A DNA stretch of 15,011 nucleotides, taken from the NCBI GenBank assembly GCA_044866005.1, contig JBIOTN010000087.1, positions 1-15,011 of the forward strand, given 5' to 3'. This document shows, piece by piece, positions 6,154-14,700 of the stretch. This DNA is from Candidatus Rokuibacteriota bacterium (lineage in GTDB: Bacteria > Methylomirabilota > Methylomirabilia > Rokubacteriales > DASRDR01). The translations under genes were made by a program, and so were the position numbers. Positions within the stretch are counted from its first letter, which is position 1. Every line of letters starts with the position of its first letter. The notes below the pieces were generated by a model that was not told the origin of the DNA, ran no database searches, and worked only from the letters and a program-made list of their open reading frames with translations.

Positions 6154-6939
6154 GTGAGGCTGAAAGGACAGGTTGCGCTCGTCACGGGCGGAGGCACCGG
6201 CATCGGGCGGGGCATCTCGCTCGCCTTCGGCCGCGAGGGCGCACAGGTCGGCGTCAACTACTCGAAGTCCCGCGCGCAAGCCGAGGACACCGTCCGCCAG
6301 ATCACCGCTGCCGGCGGCCAGGCCCTCGCGTTCCAGGGCGACGTCTCGCGCGAGGCGGACGCCCGGCGGCTCGTGGAGGGTGTGGTCAAGGAATGGGGGC
6401 GGCTCGACGTTCTCGTCAACAACGCGGGCTGGACGCGGCGGACGCCGCACGCCGACCTCGAGGCGCTCACCGACGAGGTCTGGCAGAAGACCCTCGGCGT
6501 GAACCTCCTGGGCGCCTGGTACTGCATCAAGCACGCCATCCCGCACATGCAGCGGCAGGGGCGAGGCGCCGTCATCAACGTGACGTCGGTCGCCGCCTTC
6601 CACGGGATGGGCTCGTCGATGGCGTACTGCGCGTCCAAGGCGGCGCTCACCTCGCTCACGCGCTCGCTGGCCCGGGCCTTCGGCCCGACGGTCCGTGTCA
6701 ACAGCCTCGCCCCCGGGCTCGTGGAGACGGATTTCGTGGACTGGCCGCCCGAGGTCTTCGAAGAGGGCCGGCGGGCGGTCTCCACGCCGGACCTGCCCAC
6801 CGTGCAAGACCTCGGCGAGGCGGCCGTGTTCCTCGCCGCCGACGCCAAGGCGACGACGGGGGCCACACTCTTCGTGGACGGCGGCATCATCGCGCTCGGG
6901 CCGCGGACCTATCGGCCGTCGGCCCAGACCCGCACCTAG
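6154..6939 (+). CDS. Short-chain dehydrogenase/reductase (classical SDR)
   Basis: TGGGTGIG, LDVLVNNAG, S..YCASK, VRVNSLAPG, TG.TLFVDGG. GTG start after AGGAGG (6141-6146). Confidence 0.93.
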   Translation: MRLKGQVALVTGGGTGIGRGISLAFGREGAQVGVNYSKSRAQAEDTVRQITAAGGQALAFQGDVSREADARRLVEGVVKEWGRLDVLVNNAGWTRRTPHADLEALTDEVWQKTLGVNLLGAWYCIKHAIPHMQRQGRGAVINVTSVAAFHGMGSSMAYCASKAALTSLTRSLARAFGPTVRVNSLAPGLVETDFVDWPPEVFEEGRRAVSTPDLPTVQDLGEAAVFLAADAKATTGATLFVDGGIIALGPRTYRPSAQTRT

Positions 6940-6958
6940 GTCCGGCCAAGCCCGGTCC

Positions 6959-8212
6959 ATGGATCGCGACGCGCCCCGCCGCGGCGACGCGGCCTGGCTG
7001 GCAGGGCTGTGCCTGTCCCGGTTCCTCCTCGCGCTCATCTTCACGAGCTACGCGGCGGTCCTGCCTGTCCTCCAGCGGGAGTGGGACATGTCCGGCTCCG
7101 CGGCGGGATGGGTGAACTCGGCGTTCCAGATCGGCTACGCGATCTCGCTCGTGGCCCTCAACGTCCTCGCCGATCGTGTCGGCGCGCGCCCCGTCTTCCT
7201 CTGGTCGAGCCTGGCGGGCGCCCCGGCCGCGCTGGCCTTCGCCTTCTTCGCGAACGGCCCGGTGTCCGCGGCGCTCCTCTATGGCCTGACCGCGCTCGTC
7301 ATCGGCGGCAACTACACGCCGGGCCTCATCCTCATCGCCGAGCGCTTCCCCGCCGCGACCCGCGGGCGCGCGACCGGCTTCTTCCTCGCCGCCACCTCGG
7401 TCGGCTACGCCGGGTCGCTCTTCCTTACCGGCGCGGTGCTCGCGCGCTTCGGCTGGCGCGCGGCCCTGATCGCCTCCTCGCTCGGCCCGGTGGCCGCCGC
7501 CGGCTTCGCCGTGTGGACGGTCTGGGGCATGCCGACCCGCGTCCATCCGCGCGCCACCGGGCAGGGGTTCGCCACGGAGGTGCTCCGGAACCCGGGGGCG
7601 ATGCTCCTCATGGCCGCCTACGTGTGTCACTCCTGGGAGCTGCTCGGGATGTGGGCGTGGACGCCCGCGTTCCTGTCGGCGGCGCTCATGCGGGAAGGGA
7701 CGGACCTCAGCCGCGCCACCGCCGCCGGCGCCCGGGTAACCGCGCTCTTCCACGTGACCGGCTTCCTGGCCTCCCTGTCCGCCGGGTACCTCTCCGACCG
7801 CTTCGGGCGGACCACCGTCATCATCGCGATGCTCGCGGTGAGCACGGCGTGCTCGTTCGTGTTCGGCTGGCTGGTCGGCGCGCCGTTCTGGCTGCTTCTC
7901 CTGGTCGGCCTCGTCTACGGCTTCAGCGCCGTCGGCGACTCGCCCGTCCTGTCCGTCGGCCTCACGGAGGTCGTCGCCCCGCACGTCCTCGGCGCGGCGC
8001 TGGCGCTGCGCTCCCTTCTCGGCTTCGGGGCCGGCGCGCTCGTGCAGCCGATGTTCGGCGCGGTCCTCGACGCCACCAACACGGGACGGCCGTATACCCA
8101 GTGGGGGTGGGCTTACAGCCTGCTCGGCCTGGGTGGAGCGGGCGGCCTCCTGGTGACGGTGTGGCTCCGCCTGCGTCCGGAGAGTCGCCGGCTGGCGAGC
8201 GGCCTCCGATAG
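6959..8212 (+). CDS. MFS transporter
   Basis: 417 aa with about 12 hydrophobic segments. Motif A in both halves (LADRVGAR, GYLSDRFGR) and ERFP..RGRA.G. Confidence 0.92.
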   Translation: MDRDAPRRGDAAWLAGLCLSRFLLALIFTSYAAVLPVLQREWDMSGSAAGWVNSAFQIGYAISLVALNVLADRVGARPVFLWSSLAGAPAALAFAFFANGPVSAALLYGLTALVIGGNYTPGLILIAERFPAATRGRATGFFLAATSVGYAGSLFLTGAVLARFGWRAALIASSLGPVAAAGFAVWTVWGMPTRVHPRATGQGFATEVLRNPGAMLLMAAYVCHSWELLGMWAWTPAFLSAALMREGTDLSRATAAGARVTALFHVTGFLASLSAGYLSDRFGRTTVIIAMLAVSTACSFVFGWLVGAPFWLLLLVGLVYGFSAVGDSPVLSVGLTEVVAPHVLGAALALRSLLGFGAGALVQPMFGAVLDATNTGRPYTQWGWAYSLLGLGGAGGLLVTVWLRLRPESRRLASGLR

Positions 8213-8340
8213 TTTTCTTCGGGGGGGTCTCGGAAGACCCCCCGATTGCCCCCTTCGGTTGCGCCGGCGGAGCCGGCGCTCGGAACGGAGCGGGGGCGGG
8301 GCTTTTGTGGCGCTGGATTAGACCATCACATTTCCAGTGC
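8213..8340. repeat. Complete copy of the structured multi-hairpin intergenic repeat (REP/MITE-like or ncRNA)
   Basis: Hairpin 8219-8245; GCCCCC(8248-53)/GGGGGC(8292-97) enclosing GCGCCGGC-GGA-GCCGGCGC (8261-79); GCGCTGGA/TCCAGTGC (8310-8340). Lies between convergent genes. Confidence 0.7.
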
Positions 8341-8386
8341 GTGCTTACCGCCAGGCCCCCGCCTGCCGCGGCCGCCTGCCGCGGCC

Positions 8387-10033
8387 TCAGGAGGCGGGAT
8401 CGAGGCGGATCAGGACGACGCGCTTCGGGCCGAGGCGCGTCTCGACGAGCGGCCGAACGCCCGGCGCGTCCAGGAGGGAGTGGTCGTCGTTGTCGATGAG
8501 GGCGTACTGCGGTTCGGCCGGGCGGGCCGCCAGGAGCCCGTCCCGGTCCGCGAGCGGGACCACCGGGCGGTCCACGTAGAAGGCGACGATGAAGTTGTAG
8601 TCGTCGAGGAGCGACAGAAGCGGCCGGCCCGGCGGGACGGTCGCGCGCACCCGCGCGGCGAACTCCCGCGCCGGGAATCGGGCGCCGTACTGTGGCGCGC
8701 GGACGGTCGCGACCGCCAGGAGCAGGACGGACTGGACGGTGACGAGCGCCGCGAGGGCGAGGCCCGGGCGCTCCCGACGCCAGGGCAGCCACACGCCGAG
8801 CGCTCCCGCGAGGAGCGCCGCCACGACGGCGGCGAGCTGCCAGGGGTCCGCCGGCACGAGCGTGTCCACCATGCGTCCCGGGATCAGCCGGCGCGGGACG
8901 ACCACGAGCCCCAGCGCGAGGAGCCCCGCCGCCGCGCTCATCGCGGCCAGCGGCACGCCGAGCCACGCCGACCGGTTCCGGCGCGCCAGGGCCTCGTCCC
9001 AGAGCCAGCCGACCATGAGCGCCGCGGCCGGATAGAGCGGCAGGAGGTAGGCGCCGCGTTTCGACGTGGAGAGGCTGAAGAACACGAACCCCGTGACGAA
9101 CCATGCGAGCGGGAAGAGAAAGGGGCGCGGCGCGGTCGCTCCGCCGCCGGGGGCCCGCCACCCGAGCACGACCGCGCCGGGCAGGAACAGGACCCACGGG
9201 AAGCACTCCGAGACGAACTCGCCGAAGTAGTAGTACCAGGGCCCGGTGTGGACCCACGAGCGGGCGTAGCGGACGACGTGCTGGTGGACGAGCGTCTCGT
9301 AGAGATAGCCCGTCCCGTGCCGTGCGACCGCGGGGCCGTACCAGGCGAGGACGACCAGGAGGAACAGGGCCAGCCCGGCCCCGAGGCGCAGCCGGCCCGG
9401 CACGGCGCGGGCAGGCCCGGTGAGGACGAGGTAGCCGGCCGCGGCCAGGAGCGGCAGCACGAGGCCGAGGAGCCCCTTGGACAGCACGCCGAGCCCCATG
9501 GCCAGGTAGGCCAGGGCGAACCACCCGGCCGCCCGGCCGGATGGCGCGGCGAGCCCGCGCCAGAACGCCAGGCACGCGAGCGTGACGAACGTGGTGAGGA
9601 ACTGGTCCGGATGCCCCTGGCGCGCGTACCAGAAGAACAGGTTGCTCGTGGCGAGGACCAGGGCGGAGAAGAGCCCGGCCCGGCGACCGAAGAGCTCGGT
9701 CCCGAGGGCGTAGACCAGGAGCAGCCCCGCGAGGGCCGCGACCGCCGCCGGGAGCCGCGCCGTGACCTCGCCGATCTCGCCGCCGCCGAGCCGGCCGAGC
9801 GCGGCCGTGGCCCAGAAATAGAGCGGCGGCTTGTCCGGGTAGATCTCGCCGAAGAGGTGCGCGACCAGCCACGGCCCGCCTTGCAGCATCTCGCGCGCCG
9901 CGAGGGCGTACTTCGCCTCGAGCGGGTGGCGGAGGACTTCCGCGCCGAGGCCGGGGAGGTAGAGGGCGAGCCCGAGCCCCGAGAGGAGGCTCACGTCCCT
10001 CGCGGCGCGCCGCCGGGCCGTGGTCAGGGGCAC
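8387..10033 (-). CDS. ArnT/PMT-family (GT-C, PMT_2-like) glycosyltransferase, copy 2
   Basis: EAKYALAAREML, YPDKPPLYFW, ARLP, SKGL.G.VLP, HQHVVRY, PWYYY, FPW, FFSLSTSKR..YLLP.YP. GTG start overlaps the upstream stop; exact start uncertain. Confidence 0.88.
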   Translation of the reverse strand: MPLTTARRRAARDVSLLSGLGLALYLPGLGAEVLRHPLEAKYALAAREMLQGGPWLVAHLFGEIYPDKPPLYFWATAALGRLGGGEIGEVTARLPAAVAALAGLLLVYALGTELFGRRAGLFSALVLATSNLFFWYARQGHPDQFLTTFVTLACLAFWRGLAAPSGRAAGWFALAYLAMGLGVLSKGLLGLVLPLLAAAGYLVLTGPARAVPGRLRLGAGLALFLLVVLAWYGPAVARHGTGYLYETLVHQHVVRYARSWVHTGPWYYYFGEFVSECFPWVLFLPGAVVLGWRAPGGGATAPRPFLFPLAWFVTGFVFFSLSTSKRGAYLLPLYPAAALMVGWLWDEALARRNRSAWLGVPLAAMSAAAGLLALGLVVVPRRLIPGRMVDTLVPADPWQLAAVVAALLAGALGVWLPWRRERPGLALAALVTVQSVLLLAVATVRAPQYGARFPAREFAARVRATVPPGRPLLSLLDDYNFIVAFYVDRPVVPLADRDGLLAARPAEPQYALIDNDDHSLLDAPGVRPLVETRLGPKRVVLIRLDPAS

Positions 10034-11649
10034 GGACCCCCGGCGGCCGCGCTCGCGAGCAGGACGTAGCCACCACGGGCATCGAGCACGGGCAACGCGG
10101 CGACGGCCGGCGGGAGCGCGGCGAGCGCGCCGCGCGGGGCGACGACGAAGAGTCGGCCGGGCCGCGCCGCGAGGCCGGCCAGCCGCGAGGCCTCCCGCAG
10201 ACCCACGAAGGACACCGGGCGCCGCGCGTAGAAGAGGAGGCTCGGTCGGTACGGGCCGAAGGCGACGAGCTCGTCGCACGGGCCGATCGCCGGTGCGGCC
10301 CGCGCGACGAGCGAGCCGGCGGGAGCCACGAACTCGGCGCTGAACGCGGGGAAGACGACGTGGAGCCCGAGCGTCACGAGGAGCGTGGTGAGAACCGTGA
10401 GGACGACGAAGAGCCGCGTCCCGTCTCGGAGACCGGCCGCCGCCCCGGCGCCGAGCGCCACGGCGCCGAGCCCGAGCACGACCGGCGAGAGCGCCGCCAC
10501 CGGCGAGACGGGATACGCGGGCGCGAGCAAGGCGGTCACCGTCCGGCGCAGCAGGCCGGCGGCGATCAGCCCCGCCCCCACGACGACCCCCAGGCCGCCC
10601 AGGAGCCACCGTGCCGTCCCCGGCACCCGACGCGGCCAGGCGGCGGCGACGAGCAGCGCGGCGGCCGGGAAGGCCGGCGCGACGTAGTGCGGCAGGCGGC
10701 TCGCGAAGAGCGAGAAGAGGCAGAGGACCGCGACGATCCACGCAGCGGCGAAGACCGCGGCCTGTCCGGCGCGGTCGCGGGGTTCCCGCGCCCGTGCGCC
10801 CCGGAGCGCCCCGAGGAGGGCGCCCGGCAGGAAGGCGCTCCAGGGAAAGAACCCCAGGAGGACGACCGGGACGTAGAAGAGCGCGGTGCCGCCGGGCCCC
10901 GTGACGACGCGGAACACGCGCCCCACCGTCTCGCCCTTCGCTCGCGCGAGGTAGTCGCCGCCGTGCTGCCAGAGCATCGCGGCGTACCAGGGTGACGCCA
11001 GGAGCAGGAACAGCGCCAGGCCCCGGAGCGGCCGCGCCTCCCGCCAGACGCGCCGGCCGTCACCGGCGGCGACGAGGTAGCCCGTGATCCCGACCGCGGG
11101 GACGAGCAACCCCACGGGCCCCTTGGTGAGCGTCCCGAGCGCCATCGCGGTGTACATGAGGAGGTACCAGCCGTCCCGCGGTGGCGGGCCGTGGTGGGCG
11201 CGGAAGAACGCGAAGGCCGCGGCCGTCGTGCAGAGGACGAGCGCGCCGTCGGTCAGGGCCAGGCGGCCGATCGCGACGACCTCGACCGTCAGCAGCAGGA
11301 TCAGCGCGGCCCGGAACGCCGCCGCGGGGCCGAGCGCCCAGCGGGCGAACGCATACTGGAGACCGACCAGCGCCAGGACGGCCAGCGCCGAGGGGAGGCG
11401 GGCCGCCGCCTCGCTCACCCCGAGGAGCCCGTAGGCGGCCGCCATGAGCCAGTAGACGAACGCGGGCTTGGCGAAGCGCGGGGTGTAGCCGAGGGTCGGC
11501 GTGATCCAGGCCCGTTGCTCGAGCATCTCGCGCGCGGCTTCCGCGTTGGCGCCCTCGTCGCGGTCGGTCAGGGCGGTGGCGCCGAGTCCGGCGAAGAGGA
11601 GGGCGAGCGCGAGTCCGGCGAGCACCAGGAGCCGCCACGGAGCCGTCAC
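10024..11649 (-). CDS. ArnT/PMT-family (GT-C, PMT_2-like) glycosyltransferase, copy 1
   Basis: DRDEG.NAEAAREML..WITP, FAKP...YW, EAAARLPS, LTD, TKGPVG, SPWY, FFPWS, SRLPHY..PAFP. Start at GTG 11649 (leaderless) or ATG 11658. Confidence 0.9.
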   Translation of the reverse strand: MTAPWRLLVLAGLALALLFAGLGATALTDRDEGANAEAAREMLEQRAWITPTLGYTPRFAKPAFVYWLMAAAYGLLGVSEAAARLPSALAVLALVGLQYAFARWALGPAAAFRAALILLLTVEVVAIGRLALTDGALVLCTTAAAFAFFRAHHGPPPRDGWYLLMYTAMALGTLTKGPVGLLVPAVGITGYLVAAGDGRRVWREARPLRGLALFLLLASPWYAAMLWQHGGDYLARAKGETVGRVFRVVTGPGGTALFYVPVVLLGFFPWSAFLPGALLGALRGARAREPRDRAGQAAVFAAAWIVAVLCLFSLFASRLPHYVAPAFPAAALLVAAAWPRRVPGTARWLLGGLGVVVGAGLIAAGLLRRTVTALLAPAYPVSPVAALSPVVLGLGAVALGAGAAAGLRDGTRLFVVLTVLTTLLVTLGLHVVFPAFSAEFVAPAGSLVARAAPAIGPCDELVAFGPYRPSLLFYARRPVSFVGLREASRLAGLAARPGRLFVVAPRGALAALPPAVAALPVLDARGGYVLLASAAAGGPCP

Positions 11650-11653
11650 GCCG

Positions 11654-11673
11654 GGCATTGTACCCGCAATGCC
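11654..11673 (-). promoter_or_regulatory. -10 box TACAAT inside an inverted repeat (possible operator)
   Basis: Minus-strand TACAAT at 11657-11662. GGCATTG-N6-CAATGCC dyad at 11654-11673. Confidence 0.55.
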
Positions 11674-11727
11674 GCGGCGCCCGCCGCCGGCGCGCGAGGC
11701 GGCGGCCCCGTCCTCGGGCGGACGGGG

Positions 11728-14700
11728 TCAGGGCGCCGGGCCGATCTGGATGTACGCGAACCCGGTGTTGTTGCTCTCTACGGTCTCCGCCACCGCGCCG
11801 TCGGCGTCGGCCTTCGCGAGGATGTAGTACCCGCCGGGCGTCGTGCCCGCAGGGATGGTGAGCGTCGCCCCGACGGCGCTCGTCGTGCCGGGCGCCAGCG
11901 CGGGCGCCGGGCCGCTGCCCAGCTCGATGTCTGCAGCGTCGAGCGCCCCGTTCGCCGAGAGGTAGAACCGGGTCGTCGAGCCGCCCGCGGCGCCGCCCCC
12001 CTGGTTCTTGACGGTGCCCGTCACGGTGACCGCGCTCCCGGCGGCCGCCGAGGCCGGCGCGGAGACCGCCGTGACGACGAGGTCGGGGCCGATCTGGAGG
12101 TAGGCGAAGCCGACGTTGTTCGTCTCCTGGGTCTCCGGCACGGCGCTGTCGGCGTCCGTCTTCGCCAGGATGTAGTAGGCGCCGGGGGCGGTGCCCGGCG
12201 GGATCGTGAGCGTCGTCGGCGCGCTGCTGGTGGCGCCGGCGGCGAGGGCCGGGACGGCGCGGCTGCCGAGCTCCTGATCGGCGCCGTCGAGGGCGCCGTT
12301 GACGGAGAGGTAGAAGCGCGTGGTCGAGGCGCCCGCCAGACCCCCACCCTGGTTCTTCACGGTGTCGGTGACCGTGATCGGGCCGCCGGCTCCGGCCGTG
12401 GACGGGGCGGACAGGGCGGTCACGACGAGGTCGGGGCCGATCTGGAGGTAGGCGAAGCCGACGTTGTTCGTCTCCTGGCTCTCGACCAGGCCGCCGTCGG
12501 CGTCGGCCTTCGCGAAGAGGAAATAGACGCCCGTCGCGGTGCCCGCGGGAATCGTGAGGGTGGTCGGCGCGCTGCTGGTGGCGCCGGCGGCGAGGGCCGG
12601 GACGGCGCGGCTGCCGAGCTCCTGATCGCCGCTGTCGAGGGCGCCGTTGACGGAGAGGTAGAAGCGCGTGGTCGAGGCGCCGGCCGGGCCCGCGCCCTGG
12701 TTTTTCACCGTATCGGTGACGGTGATCGTGCCGCCCGCTCCGGCGGCGGTGGGGGCCGACAGCGCGCTCAGGACCAGGTCGGGGCCGACCTGGAGGTAGG
12801 CGAACCCGACGTTGTTCGCCTCCTGGGTCTCGGCGACGACGTTGTCCGCGTCGGCCTTCGCGAAGAGGTAATACAGCCCCGTTGCGGTGCCCGGCGGGAT
12901 CGTGAGCGTCGTCGGCGCGCTGCTGGTGGCGCCGGCGGCGAGGGCCGGGACGGCGCGGCTGCCGAGCTCCAGGTCGGCGCCGTCGAGGGCGCCGTTGGCG
13001 GAGAGATAGAAGCGCGTCGTCGAGCCTTCGGCCGGGCTGCCGCCCTGGTTCCTCACCGTATCGGTGACGGTGATCGTGCCGCCCGCCCCGGCCGTGGACG
13101 GCGCAGCCACGGCGCTCAGGACGAGGTCGGGGCCGACCTGCACGTAGGCGAAGGCGACGTTGTTCGTCTCCTGGGTCTCGGCGACGGTGCCGTCGGCGTC
13201 CACCTTCGCCACCACGTAGTAGGCGCCGGTCGCGGTCCCCGGCGGGATCGTCAGCGTGGTCGACGCGCTGCTGGTCGCGCCCGCGGCGAGGGCCGGGACG
13301 GCGCGGAGGCCGAGCTCGACGTCGCCGGCGTCCAGCAGGCCGTTGGACGACAGGTAGAAGCGGGTGGTGGAGGCGCCGGCCGGGCTGCCGCCCTGGTTCC
13401 TCACCGTGTCGGTGACGGTGATCGTGCCGCCGGGGGCCGCGGTGGAGGGTGCGGAGAGCGCCGACACGATCAGGTCCGGGCCGATCTGGAGGAAGGCGAA
13501 GGCGACGTTGTTCGTCTCCTGGGTCTCGGCGACGGTGCCGTCGGCGTCCACCTTCGCCACGACGTAGTAGGCGCCGGCCGCGGTCCCCGGCGGGATCGTC
13601 AGCGTGGTCGACGCGCTGCTGATCGCGCCCGCGGCGAGGGCCGGGACGGCGCGGAGGCCGAGCTCGACGTCGCCGGCGTCCAGCAGGCCGTTGGACGACA
13701 GGTAGAAGCGGGTGGTGGAGGCGCCGGCCGGGCCCGCCCCCTGGTTCTTCACCGTGTCCGTGACCACGATCGTCCCGCCGGGCGCGGCGGTCGCCGGCGC
13801 GGAGAGCGCGGTGACGGCGAGGTCCGGGCCGATCTGGACGGGGGCGGAGGCGACGTTGTTCGTCTCCTGGGTTTCCGGCACGACGCTGTCGGCGTCCGCC
13901 CGGGCGAGGACGTAGTAGGCGCCCGTGGCGATGCCGGTTGGGATGGCGAGGGTGGTCGACGCGCTGCTGATCGCGCCGGCGGCGAGGGCCGGGACGGCGC
14001 GGAGGCCGAGCTCGACGTCGCCGGCGTCCAGCAGGCCGTTGGACGACAGGTAGAAGCGGGTGGTGGAGGCGCCGGCCGCGCCCGCCCCCTGGTTCTTCAC
14101 CGTGTCCGTGACCGTGATCGTGCCGCCGGGCGCGGCGGTCGCCGGCGCGGAGAGCGCGGTGACGGCGAGGTCCGGGCCGATCTGGACGTAGGCGAAGGCG
14201 ACGTTGTTCGTCTCCTGGGTCTCGGGCACGACGCTGTCGGCATCCGCCCGGGCGAGGAGGTAGTAGGCGCCCGTGGGCGTGCCGGCCGGGATCGTCAGCG
14301 CGGTCGAACCCATGTGACTCGCGCCGGCGGCGAGGGCCGGGACGGCGCGGCTGCCGAGCTCGACGTCGCCGGCGTCGAAGACGCCGTTCGCCGACAGGTA
14401 GAAGCGGGTGGTCGAGGCGCCGGCCGGGCCCGCGCCCTGGTTCTTCACCGTGTCGGTCACGGTGATCGGGCCCCCTGCCGCGGCCGTCGCCGGCGCGGAG
14501 ACCGCGGTGACGGCGAGGTCCGGGCCGATCTGGAGGAAGGCGAAGGCGACGTTGTTCGTCTCCTGGGTCTCGGGCACGACGCTGTCGGCATCCGCCCGGG
14601 CGAGGAGGTAGTAGGCGCCGGCGACCGTGCCCGCCGGGATCGTGAGCGGGGTGGAGGCCGTGTGGCTCGCGCCGGCGGCGAGGGCCGGGACGGCGCGGAG

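Noticed and set aside
8213..8340. tRNA or simple rho-independent terminator
   Set aside because: No D/T-loop consensus. A minus-strand U-tract is absent, and related modules occur at non-convergent sites, so a repeat family explains it better, although a terminator role (TTTT at 8303-8306) is not excluded.
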